NCBI GenBank assembly: GCA_010405405.1
Contig: MU004241.1
Span: forward strand, 682,001 to 746,000
Direction: 5' to 3'
Length of the DNA: 64,000 nucleotides
Source of the DNA: Microthyrium microscopicum
Taxonomy: Eukaryota
A program made the position numbers and the translations under genes. Below are positions 47,958 to 59,817 of the stretch, piece after piece. The notes below the pieces were generated by a model. That model was not told the origin of the DNA. It did no database searches and was given only the letters and a program-made list of their open reading frames with translations. Within the stretch, counting starts at the first letter, position 1. Each line of letters opens with the position of its first letter.

Positions 47958-49005
47958 CCTGGCTCCAGAATTGTGAGAAGCCTCTGGATGCGGCAAACTT
48001 TCTTTGGGCAATCTGTTCTGAATTATCTGAATGATTCTTCATTACGAGATATGTATGGCATGGGTTTTCTGCGGATTGGTGATCTGGGCTAGTTCTCACC
48101 ACTAACCTACGTGCCTAACTCATCTGACAAGTGTGAGTTGTCGGGCCGAAGCTGTCCAAAGGATGCAGCCAATTAATTTTATGGTCTGTAATCAACCTCA
48201 ATTCCTTGAGTGATGGTCTTCAGTTTTGCAACTGCCAGCTTCAAGCCAGAAGCATGATTTTTGTTTCCTGCAAAATTGACCAGATCAAGGTTCATACCAT
48301 TGATTGAGCATTATAATCTTGATTGTATCAGAAAAACTAGGCTCCCGATTTCTATTAACCAGGTCTACAGTTTTATGCAACATTTGGCTCATGGAGGCCG
48401 TTGAAGGCAGCAGCAATACTTCTGCCTATTACATCCTAGCCAAAGCCTGTGACCAGCCCCTACTTTTTAATTGATCAATGAAAAGTCACCGGAAAGCTCC
48501 CCTGCTCTGCTTTACGACGCCTAGAAGTTTAGTCTCCAAATATTTCCACATCTGGCTGCGGGGTGTGCAAACTATCCGGCGCAGTTCGACTGCATAAGCT
48601 GGGGGCGGGATCGAAATGTATTGGAGGTAACCACTTCAGACCCTATCATGTTGAGGCAGCAGATTGGGCCCATGGAATACACAGATCTATGGGGCGGAGG
48701 TCGGCCAATGGTTAGACCTCTGGTTTCATCCTGGTAGAAGGAGCTGCATATTGCTCTATTGGGGTAGCTTGTTTGTCAAAATGTGGCGCCTACGTTCATT
48801 GTGGGATATCTGGAAGGGACAATGATACGTATAAATATCAGCCTAGATATCTTGCGTAGAAGTATTTTGAATAAACAGATTCTTGTCTGTTCTTGAGGCT
48901 CTTTACTGTTCTCTGACATATTGTTGAAGTCGGTGGACCATTCAGCCAATCACAAGTTATTGCAACATCTCAGCCTTATCATCAGCCTTATCACCTCTCT
49001 TCACC

Positions 49006-50676
49006 ATGTCTGAAAAGGCCATCACTACCACCATCGACAGCATGGAAGCACGCAGACTGCAATCAATATACATGGAATATAACACCCTCAGCAAGGCCCC
49101 CAAGTCCAACAATCGTCGCGCTGCCTACCACGGCCTCCTGCGCCACCACTACCCAAACCACTTCATCGTCAACATCGAGGCCAAGCACGTCGAGCTCCTC
49201 GACTTTGCTGCCGCCGGCTATGCCACGACAACTCTCGACACAAGCACTGGAATCTATGACGTCGAACGCAAACACGAACTCCCACACGCCTTGACCGGTG
49301 TAGCTGGAGGATTCACCGAAGAAATACACTTTGGCCGCTACACATACACCCACGCCGGACATGATTTCACATACTACCGCATGCGTACCGAGGACTTTTA
49401 CGAGCGTCCCCATGCACTCGATTACATTCTTTATCCGCGATCGGCTTCGATCAGTCCCACCGCGCAAAATAGTCCTGAAATCGACGCCTTGCTCGTCGCT
49501 GTCGCCACCTACGAAAACCAGCCGCACGAAGAGATCTTCGTCTGGGAATCAAACTGGTTCAGCCGCAGCAAGAGCATGTATGCATCCCTCGCCAATGCCC
49601 GCTGGGACGACGTTATTCTTGCGCCCGCCCTCAAGGATTCGTTGCACGCGGATGTAACCACCTTCTTCGACGATGCCACCCGCGCACTGTATGCACAGTT
49701 CCGACTGCCATATAAGCGTGGGCTTATATTACACGGGCCACCAGGGAATGGGAAAACGGCGAGTATTGCGTCGCTGGTGGCAGAGTTGTCGCGTCGTGAT
49801 CCGCCTGTGCCAACGCTATATGTCAAGACACTCAAGAACAACTGCGATGGCGACCAGGAGAGCATGAAGCGCCTATTTGCGCATGCACGTAAGATCGCAC
49901 CATGCTGTGTGGTACTCGAGGATCTTGACTCGCTCGTACACGGCGAAGTGCGCAGTTTCTTCCTCAATGAGATGGATGGCCTGGACGCAAATGAAGGTGT
50001 CTTGTTGCTAGGCAGCACAAATCATTTGGAGAAACTGGATGTGGCAATTCGCAGTCGGCCGAGCCGTTTTGATCGCAAGTACAAGTTCTCCAACCCAGAG
50101 TGGGTTGAACGTATGGCATATGCGAAGTTCTGGCGCCGAAAGTTGGAAGGCGCCCCCGGAGTTGTGGACTTTCCGGATACGCTGTGTGCTTTGGTAGCAG
50201 ACCTGACGGATGGCTTCTCATTCGCGTATATGAAAGAGCTGTTTGTGACAAGCTTGCTGTCACTCAGTCGCGGTACCAAACCCGAGGAACTTGAGTGGGA
50301 TGTTGTGGGAGAAAAGAGTGCTGATGCTAGTGATATAGCCAGCGACGAGGGAGACAAGAAGAGTGACTCGGACGAGACCATGGACACCACAGAGGAGAAC
50401 GCCGAGGATGACGATCAGGGAGCAGAGAAGAAAGAGGCAAAGAAGGTTAAGCCTAAGCACGAAATGCCCAAGCTTATCATTCCAGACCATCTCAAATCCA
50501 ACCTTCTCTTCGTTCACCTTCAGTACCAAACCCAGATGCTGATCAAAGAGATGAACTCGAATGAGGAGGTAGAAGAAGAAGTAAAGAAACCAGAAAAAAA
50601 AGATACGCCTCAGTCTGATTATCAGAAACAGTTGCAACTTCTAGCGCGCCAGAATAGAATGCGCGCTCGGGGTTGA
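49006..50676 (+). CDS. Single-domain AAA+ ATPase (BCS1/YjoB-like fungal family)
   Basis: WDDVIL, PYKRGLILHGPPGNGKT, VVLEDLD, FLNEMDG, STNHLEKLD, RPSRFDRK; intronless; TATAAATA at about 48830. Confidence 0.9.
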   Translation: MSEKAITTTIDSMEARRLQSIYMEYNTLSKAPKSNNRRAAYHGLLRHHYPNHFIVNIEAKHVELLDFAAAGYATTTLDTSTGIYDVERKHELPHALTGVAGGFTEEIHFGRYTYTHAGHDFTYYRMRTEDFYERPHALDYILYPRSASISPTAQNSPEIDALLVAVATYENQPHEEIFVWESNWFSRSKSMYASLANARWDDVILAPALKDSLHADVTTFFDDATRALYAQFRLPYKRGLILHGPPGNGKTASIASLVAELSRRDPPVPTLYVKTLKNNCDGDQESMKRLFAHARKIAPCCVVLEDLDSLVHGEVRSFFLNEMDGLDANEGVLLLGSTNHLEKLDVAIRSRPSRFDRKYKFSNPEWVERMAYAKFWRRKLEGAPGVVDFPDTLCALVADLTDGFSFAYMKELFVTSLLSLSRGTKPEELEWDVVGEKSADASDIASDEGDKKSDSDETMDTTEENAEDDDQGAEKKEAKKVKPKHEMPKLIIPDHLKSNLLFVHLQYQTQMLIKEMNSNEEVEEEVKKPEKKDTPQSDYQKQLQLLARQNRMRARG

Positions 50677-50999
50677 TAAGGGGTATTTCCTGCGTAAGAG
50701 CGGCCAACATTCTTGGTCTGGGAGAATAGTTAGCTTGACATTTGAGGTTTCTAGCAACATGCAGTCCTTACCACTTTTCAAGATATCGCTCCCAGTCGCT
50801 CCATAATTTCACCATTGTCCGAAAATAATCAGAGCTGAAAGACAACACATCGCTCCATTGATGCTAAATACTCATAACTAAAACAAATTGCTCAAAAACA
50901 TACAATCAAGCAGGCAATGGTATCATACTTAATAAAACAGCATAACGCCAGTCACCAAGCGCTTTCCATGACGCGTGAAACGTAAACCCATTACTCGCT

Positions 51000-53900
51000 T
51001 CAACGGCCAAACTGCGAATACCCACCCGTCATTCTCCCACCACCCGCATTCGCCAAACTCTGCCTCACAATCGCCTCCGCTGCCTGCGCAGCCGCCAGCC
51101 GCTCTTTCTGTCTAGCACGATCTCTCAAATAGTTCTGTGCCTCAGGTCGCATGCGCAAAATGCGCAGTAGGTAATCATCCGTTGGCTCAGCTTGCGCGGC
51201 ACGTCGCTTATCTTCCTTGGCCTGCCGCATTGTTCCTAGGTTACGCGAGAGCAGCACCGTCTTACGGCGCTTGACTGGCGTGCCGACGAGACCTGCAGAC
51301 CCAAATGCACTGCCAGGTACCTGGAGGGAAGCAGCAGGGGCTGAAAGGCGGTTGAGGCTGGCGACTTGTTGTTGGTGCTGCTGAGCAGAATTTGCGGCAA
51401 TGCCTTCAGAGGTACGAACGAGGTCGTCGGTAGTCTCAAAGTAGAAGAAGTTGAGTGTGAGGATGTCTTGGTATTTTGGAGACTTGAGAATTTCAGCGGG
51501 CACACCGTTGGCATGACCGGTTTCTTCATCGATAGCGTTGAAAAATTCGAAGAGAAGCTGGGGACGATGTTAGCGTGAGGACAGCAGCGTTGGGCTATAA
51601 ACTTACTTGGAGCCATTTGAAGACAACATCGAGTTCTTGTCTGGTAAGTGGCTTTTGTTGGGAGAGTTTGTCTGACATTGGTGGAACTAAGAGGCCCTCG
51701 ATGGTAACGAGAATCTCCTTCCATAACCGTGTCATGACCATTATCATTGCAGAGTCCGTGAGGGTTTGTTTCATGATAGCAAAGTTGTCATCAAAGTAAG
51801 TGTATAATGGTTCGATGGCTCCTTCAATCTCTGCTTGAGTCGGCGCTGCTGCCGTGGTTGTTTCCGCTCGATTTCGATTGAAGAAAGATAAAGCAGATGA
51901 GACAGTGATACCTTTAGAGAAAAGACCACGCAGACGTTGTCGTGAGAGAATATATCGAATATATGCCGAGAGCTGTGATGATTAGCGGGGCTTAGATAAC
52001 GAGTTGGTTGGCATTTACCTTGTCTGTAATTGCTCGTGTCATATCCTTCTCAGTTCGCTTTAAAGTTCGGAAAGCTTTACCAAAGTAGAACTGGATATCA
52101 TCTCGTTCACCTTCCATACTGACTCGAAGAAGTAGTCGGCCTTGGGTATCCAAGTCCAACCAATATTCACGAGGCATGAAGTCACGAAAATGAGAAGGAT
52201 CGAGCTTCAAAGACGTGCGACCAATGTAGTCATGATCTCCAAGAGCATCCCAGTCCCACAGTGTAGCGACCATGTTCAGTGCACCAGTAGTAGCAATGTC
52301 CACAGTCTCATCCCAACGAGGATTGAGGTTACCGTAGACAATTCGCGTCTTTGCAAGGCGTTTTTGAAACTCATCTCCAAGAACAACGTACGGATCACTG
52401 AGACCGTTGATATCACACGATTTAAGATCCTCAGCCTCAATGATCTTGATCGTGAACACATATTTCTCCATTTTTGGAGTGCGTCTCATAGCATTGCTAT
52501 CATTTCGACTTCGATGATCACTTTGATCTCGCAAACGAATGATTTCAGCGCATCGATCAACTTCCATCTGCTGTTCCAGCTTGTCAAGGTTGTTCATAGC
52601 ATATTCGATATTGTTGAGCTTTATGAGCGACTGCTGATGGTTAGCCTTACGCAAATATGGAGGACAGCACTAAACTTACTTCTGCCTCGAATTGATATGG
52701 GTCCACTTTGTCCTTGTTGGAGATGGCATCTCGAGCGACTTGCATCCAGCGTTCCTGGCGAGTCTGCGTCAATTGTGCTTCTTGCTCTGGCGTCAGTCGA
52801 GACATTTCCTTGTTGAAGAGTTGATCAAGCATCTCGCAATACTTGGCAATTCCAGCTCCAATCGCCTTTGCAATTGCAGTCATAAACTTCGCGTACTGAT
52901 AATCGTCGTCCCATTTGAGTTCAGCAATCGTGTCTTTAGCCTCTTTGAACGAACGGAAGATATCCAGCACTGACACACTATGACGAACATCATTTCCTAC
53001 CATCGAGCCCATCTGGAATGTATCCTGCTTGACTGCACCTTCAGCCCATCCGACAACGCTGTCTTCTGTCAGCTTGACGTAGCTCCATACAAATTCTTGT
53101 AGCTGGTCTTCAATGTGGAAGTTGAACTTCTGGCCGGGTAAAGCTCCAGTGTATACGCTTCTGATTTCCACTAGTTCTCGATATAGATCGAAGCCATCTT
53201 GCATCGCAATATCCTCGCCAGTCTTCTTGGCGTTGTCCATAATACGGCCGACGAGATCGCGTGCGTCTTCTGCGAATGATGGAAGGATCTGAGCAACAAG
53301 GATGCTGAGTGGTTTGGCGCCGAATATCTCGGAAGCTTTCTTGAACCTTTTTTGAATCTTTTCGCAAAGCTTGACCACATCTTGGCCGAGCTTGATGACG
53401 TTATAGAATTCCCATTGACTCTCTTCTGCGGGAACATTCTGCGATAATAAAAGTTGGTAGGCGTCTGATGCGCGTTCTTTGAGCGCTGCGCCCAAATCTC
53501 GAGCAAACTGATCAAGTTCCTTAGGACTTTTAGACAATAATTCGTCCTCAAGTAAATGAGCGTGCAAGATCGCTAAACATAGACCGAATGAAGGACTTTT
53601 GGGTTCGTATGCGCCCTGAAGGATTTGAAAGAGATCTCGAAGCACTTGGTCTCGTATGGTGGTAAGACATTGCTGGTAAGCAGATACGTCTTTCAGAGTC
53701 CACTTTGTCCAGTGTGCAACAATATCATGCCCGATTGTGCTTTGTCTAAAAGCCTTTTTCTTTTCTTCTGGGGTCTCCTTGTACTGTTCGAACGCTGTAT
53801 CAACAGTTTGTAGGCCAATGTCGCGATCAACATAAAGTTCTCGCACGGCATCAAGAAATAATATCCTCCGCGAAAAAGGTGGAAGCCGCCATCTTGAAGC

Positions 53901-55274
53901 CATTTCGTCTAATAATTCATTGGACTTTTTTGAGAAGAGATGTCCCTCCGGTACAGGGTCGGATGGATCGGGATTTCGAATATCATGGAGAATCGTTTCT
54001 TTCACAACTGCTCGATAGTATTCTCTAGGTTCGGGTGGAATAAAGACAAAAGGAATTTCGACCCCCTCTTTCGTGTTCGTCATATCCATGCTAATATTCA
54101 TCGCTGAAAAATCTTCAAATGCGTCGTTCATAGAGTGACCACTCGCAGAATCTGTCATATCAGAAATCTTACGTGAGAGATCAGAATAGGCCGAATCTGA
54201 CCCAGGCGATGCATGCTGCAACGAGGCCAGCGCATTCCCTGTCGATGTTTTGGCCAAATCTGGATGTGATTGAATAATCGCAAATAGTAGTTGAGACACT
54301 TCTTGTATTTCTGTCTTCTTCCAAGAATCGTATGCGTCGTCTGTATCGAAGTCATCGGCGTTGATTGTACCCCTAGCTTTCAAGCTAATGCTTTGCTGAT
54401 ACATTTTGAGATCCTTTATAGCAGCTTCCTCAGTCCAAGTAACTTTGTTTTGGTTGATCAGGTCTTGGACTTTTCCATATGAAATTTCGAATATGCGCGA
54501 AACAATCAAAACCATGGGCATGTCTTTGACTTCGTAGCTGCGCGGAACTTCCACCTCAACAGCTTGACTCGATGCGCCATTTCGTGATGTGATATCCAAA
54601 TCATGCATAAGTAGCTTCTTTTCCATATTTTGTACTCGCGCTGCAAGTTCCGGTCTTTCGCTTTCCCAATGGTGTTCTTTAAGAATCGAGTTGATCAGAC
54701 GAAGAAACAATGCCAAATGTCTGTCTGCAAGAAACTTCCAACTGTCGTCTTGCTTCCCTTGCCTCAGCTCCTTGACGCAAACATTGTAAAATATGAGGAG
54801 TAAATCTTCCATCTTGCGGTCCTTGTCGAGATTCCTTCGTCGACCTGGCTCTGTGAAATCATTGAGGAATAGAGCAAATGTCTTCTTGATAACCGGGTCG
54901 TTGAATTCGGGTAACCGTTCCTTTCCCATCATCACCTGTGTCGTCCTGTTTTCCAGCGCTTTCATGAAATCGCGAGGAAACTTTGTACTTCGAGTGTTCG
55001 TCACACCGGACAAGTCAGTCAAAAGTTCCATCGCCGAAGGTCTGGCTTGTTTAGGGGCCGCCGGGCCCGCAATATGCTGTAGACGCTTCTGGCGCGGTTG
55101 AAGCAGGTATGTGAGGAAGGCAGAGCGGAGGGCATAGGAGAAGGCTTCGTCGCGGGATATAGGGGCTTTTTGCTTCTTGAAGGAGGCATCTCGGCGTAGT
55201 TTGTTGTCGGATTGTTGCTGTTGTAGACTTTGGCCTCGCGACCGGCTCACGACCGACCGCCGTATGCCTGACAT
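51000..55274 (-). CDS. Munc13-homology / C2-domain protein (YOR296W / Ync13-like)
   Basis: C2 domain FTIKIIEAEDL..DINGLSDPYV..NPRWDE..WDWD; HSVSVLDIF, KLNNIE, DDIQFYFGKAFRTL, DYLLRILRMR; introns near 52630-52680, 51973-52018 and 51555-51607. Confidence 0.9.
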
Positions 55275-56139
55275 GGCAGTTTACTCTTAATCGTGTCTAA
55301 CCGTGCAAGAATGCGGATTGTAGAGGGGCGGGAGTCGCAAGGCGCATGGCAGATTGGGTCAGGCTGAAGATATGGAGGAGCGGAGGGGTATGGATACAGC
55401 AAGAAAGACCAGAGGGCGTGACAAGGAGAATGAGTGTTGCAAGTCTCAGAAGGTTACTCGTGGAGGGGTATCCTAGAATTTGATGAGTTACTAGGTTTGT
55501 CAACTGGTAAGTGCTTGCAGCCTGACGTAACATACACAAGAGCGACCCGGCGATGGATGACGGGGACTTGAGATTCAGGGTGGGAGGTCGGAGGTGAGGT
55601 TAGGTTAGGTTGGAGATGGCAGGCGATTCTATGGTCTTAGAACGGGCAGAATGATAGATAGAGTATGACGATGGGAAGAGAAGTTGTTGGCAAGAGTATG
55701 GAGTTGTAAGCCAAGTAACGATTAAATATGCAGGTGTTGGATGCTTGCTTGCTGGCTGCTTGCTCGCCTCTGTTGCTTGGCCCCAAAGCGGGATAGATTC
55801 TCGGACGCAAGAGATTCCGCATTTCAGGATAACGCTTACGTTCTAGAATCTAGAATCTACACATAAATCTCCCCCGCTACTGGTTCATCTCAAGTATCAT
55901 TCATCCATTTTATGGCGCTTGTACTCCCCTGTAAATTTGAGGCTCAACTAATCACCACGCACGCGACACCATCACCACTCTTACTCTTTGGAGGCAATGC
56001 CATTTCCCTTCCCTTTAACACCACCATCTATAATTTTTCACACAAAAGCAAAACAACGAGTGATGTGGGTTTATTGGATATTCATTGAATTCCCTGCCTG
56101 TAGAATCGAAAGCCTCTGTTGGGATCCAGCCCCTTCACT

Positions 56140-56448
56140 TCAACCCATCGTACCCTCTTCCTCCTCCAATGGAATTCCTGGTATCTCGATATCTGACGTA
56201 TCAATACCCTGAGCCTTGCATTCCCGGATATTTTTCCTGTACAGTGCCAACTGCTCCTTCATGTGGTCGAGAGCCGCGCCCAACACCAAAGATTCGCTTC
56301 GTCCTTGACCCTCGTAGCCTGGTGTGAGGCTGGCTAGTCGATCGAAGCCATCGCGGATCGCTTGTCGTCGCTTTTGTTCTGATGCGATGTGATTGTTCTT
56401 TTTTTCTTGCTCAGTGAGCCGAGCTTTGTCTTTATTTGGCGACGCCAT
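56140..56448 (-). CDS. Small bHLH(-Zip) transcription factor, 102 aa (MLX/Ino4-like)
   Basis: [43 protein letters not shown]; accATGG start at 56448. Confidence 0.88.
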   Translation of the reverse strand: MASPNKDKARLTEQEKKNNHIASEQKRRQAIRDGFDRLASLTPGYEGQGRSESLVLGAALDHMKEQLALYRKNIRECKAQGIDTSDIEIPGIPLEEEEGTMG

Positions 56449-57112
56449 GGTAGGCTTGATGAATGATGATGGTTTGGAATGTGAAGATGCCAGTAGGTGA
56501 TGCTTTAATGTATGGTAAGTACTAGGCCAACAAGAAGTGGGATGGGGCATGTGATAGCCGGCTGTTTGGTTCCAGTGTCGCAAGTAGTAGGTAAAATATG
56601 GGGCAGCTACGATGTCTATCAACTTCCGTGCTTTTTTATCGAGTGCTTTATTTGCCATCGAGGGCGATTAAAGTTCGAACGATTTATCGAATGTGATGGG
56701 AGACAGCGCATCTTCTGATTAGAAGACGTGGTGGTAGCCATCAACGTTGATGGGAGTTTGCCATTTATTCTGTCAGCATTTGATCTGCTTGATTTCAGTG
56801 TTTTTCGCAGACTGTGAAGACTGATTTGTGATTCCTGGATAAAGTACATCCATGGCGGAAAATTGGAGGCATTTAACATTGTAAAATGTGGAAGGTTTGG
56901 TGGGGTTCAACCTCAAACTGTTGGGATTGTTTGAGGCTCTGCTTTCCTCAAATTCTCCTTCTCCTTCCAACTACATCGCTAAACCAGATCGATACCTATT
57001 GAAACCGGAAATTATACTGTCCCACTGGACATCTACTAAATGTTCCCTTGAAGAATAAAGTGAAGCGCAATCTCGATCGCGCAGCGCTACGGGAATCAAC
57101 ACCACCAAGAAG

Positions 57113-58309
57113 ATGAGTGGAGGATTTAATTTTGGCTTCAGCGGCGATGACTTTGATGAAGATCATACCAATGATAGTCACGAAGCCCAATCTACACCAA
57201 TGGAAACTGCCGATGCCGAGCCCACAGTAAAACCAATGGCTCACAAGCTACAGAATCTTGTAGGTACCTCATACACAAACAACGATCCCTTTCGATCGCC
57301 TTTGGAACAATGCTGATACTCTAAGATGGCCAAACTACCCCCCAAAATATCATGGAATACCATCAAGATTGAGTCACCGAAAGGTAGCATCCTTTATCTG
57401 CCCAGGAGAGAGCTCTTTGACGTGCGTGTCCAAATCATGGCACAAGATGAAGATGTAGCAGGTGAAGTCAAGGTTCCAGGTCTTGACAATGCAGACATCC
57501 GGACGAATGTCTATGAGGGCGGATTCAAGAGCTGGGAATGTTCATTTGATTTGGCCAGGCTACTTCTCGATCGTGGACCTAGAAAAGATATTGATGATCT
57601 ATGTCGAGTGGATCATGTCATCGAAGTGAGTATCAGAACCGCATTTTTGTAAGAGAAAGCACTAATTGGTCTATAGATGGGCTGTGGGACTGCTATTCCA
57701 GTATCAGTCTTGTTCCATTATGCCATCACACAAGCACTACCTCTGTACTTTACGTTCACAGACTACAATCTCGAAGTCTTGGAGCTAGTCACACTCCCGA
57801 ACTTGCTTCTTACCTTCGCCAGCACGCTACCTGCGAATTCCGAGGCCTTTCTTGACTCACAGAATCCACTAGCAAATCTCGGTTCAAACTCTGGAGGAGA
57901 TCTAGAGATTACCGCGGCGCTAAAAGATTGTTTTGTCCAAACCTTGAGCACGATGCCTCTCACTCTCACCTTTATATCCGGCTCTTGGTCTCCAGCAACG
58001 CCATTCCTCGACTTGATACCAACAAGCTCGCAAATGAACACCTTAGTTCTTGCTTCAGAAACCATCTACTCCCCATCTGCTCTCAAAAGCTTTACCACCG
58101 CGCTCGTCGGTATGCTGAGAAGAGTTCGTATTGGAAAAGCCATGATAGCAGCCAAAAGGTTCTACTTTGGAGTTGGCGGTAGTATTGATGCTTTCAAGAT
58201 TGAATGCTCGGAACAAGGAGCTGTCGGCTACGAAATTGAGAACCATAATGTCGATTTGGGAGAAGGAGAAGGAGTTCGACGATGCCTGCTGGAAGTTCAA
58301 ATGCTTTAA
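57113..58309 (+). CDS. HPM1: Histidine protein methyltransferase 1 (METTL18/Hpm1 family)
   Basis: LPRRELFDVR.Q.MA.D, VYEGGFKSWECS.DL, E|MGCGTAIP, DYN, LASETIYS, AAKRFYFGVGG; introns 57260-57325 and 57626-57676. Confidence 0.9.
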
Positions 58310-58588
58310 TGCGAGCTGATTTGGGAGACTACCGACCGTTCTCCCAGCCTCAAACCGCCCCGGCAGTGCTGAATTGAGCCACAGTATCCTTCATCTCAAC
58401 TTTCTCACTTGTTGATCGGTCTTTATACCTTCGAACAAGTCAAAATCACGTGATACTAAGAGAGCTTGACTTGATCGAAGTCAGCTTTCAAGGTCCGTAC
58501 CTCGGACGCTTCTCAACCTCACTTTTCTTATAGCGCAAGCGCCAATCCAAGGACTTTTGTGATACCGCATGATTCTCGCTGTCTCAAT

Positions 58589-59817
58589 ATGGCCAACGAA
58601 ATTGATATCCATGACAGCTTTAGAAAATGGGTTATAAAGCATGGTGTGACTATTAATCCAGCTATCACGGCTCGGAACTTACCCGGAAAGGGATTTGGCA
58701 TGGTGTCAGTCAAGCCCGTAAAGGTCAACCCACCACCAGCTTGTGCCTACCCAACAATGCTAATTTTGCTTAGGCCGACGAAGTCTTGATAAAACTCCCT
58801 GTGGAAACACTGATCACTATCGACTCAACCTTTGCACAAGATTCGCGCATTCCAAGCAATATTACCGTCCACAGCGCCCTCGCCACCGCCTGGACTCTCA
58901 ACGCTGCCAGCCATGAAGACCGCAAACTCCAAGAATGGGAAGCCACCTGGCCATCTCGTGCGGACCTTGAATCCTACTCTCCTCTCTTCTGGCCTCCAGC
59001 CTCGCAAGATCGGCTCACGCCCGCTGGAAAGGTTTACCTAGCTGACGTACAGCGCAAGATTGCCAAAGACTGGGCAGAAATCAAGTCAACTATCACCGCT
59101 GCCGGCCAGTCAGAAGCTGACTATCGGTACTACTGGATGATGGTCAACACACGCTGCTTCTTCTGGAAATTTGCCAAGGCACATACTGCCGACTCTCCAC
59201 CTAGTTCCGTCGATGAGTGCATGGCGCTATGTCCGTACGCTGACTACTTTAACCACGCGAGCTCTGGCTGTACATTTCGCGCAGAGCCCACGTACTGTGC
59301 CATCGTCGCAGATCGCGACTATCCAGCTGATGTGGAGATTAACATCTCATATGGAACGCACAACAACGACATGCTACTAGTAGAATATGGTTTCCTGCTA
59401 CAAAACAACTTACATGATCATATCAAACTTGATGCGCTACTATTGCCCAAATTCAATGAAAAACAACGCACGCTGTTAACAGAACTAGGGTACTTGGGCG
59501 ACTATGCACTAGATCGCGTAGAAGTATGCTTCCGCACGCGCATTGCCATGGCAGTTCTACTTCTACCAGCCCGTTTTGCGCAACGGTATGCGGAAACCGG
59601 CGAATTGAGCAAGAGCAGGCGCGTAGTTCTGGCAGACGGGATGGCGGATCTCTTACAAGAGTTGCAAGATGAGATCAATGCAGCATTGAAGGAAATCAAA
59701 CGTGCAAAGGATGGGAGCTTGGCGGCTGATATGGTAAAGCGACGGTGGGAGGAGTGGAAGCGGATTGTCGATACCACCGAGGCTTGGGATGCCAGTGATA
59801 GCGATGATGAAGGTTGA
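58589..59817 (+). CDS. SET-domain protein lysine methyltransferase (Rkm2-like)
   Basis: GKGFGMV, WMMVNTRCF, MALCPYADYFNH, ISYGTHNNDMLLVEYGF; intron 58724-58773. Confidence 0.88.

Noticed and set aside
55594..55612. GTGAGGTTAGGTTAGGTTGG telomere-like repeat
   Set aside because: The units are pentameric TTAGG, too few, and not TTAGGG; ordinary promoter microsatellite.
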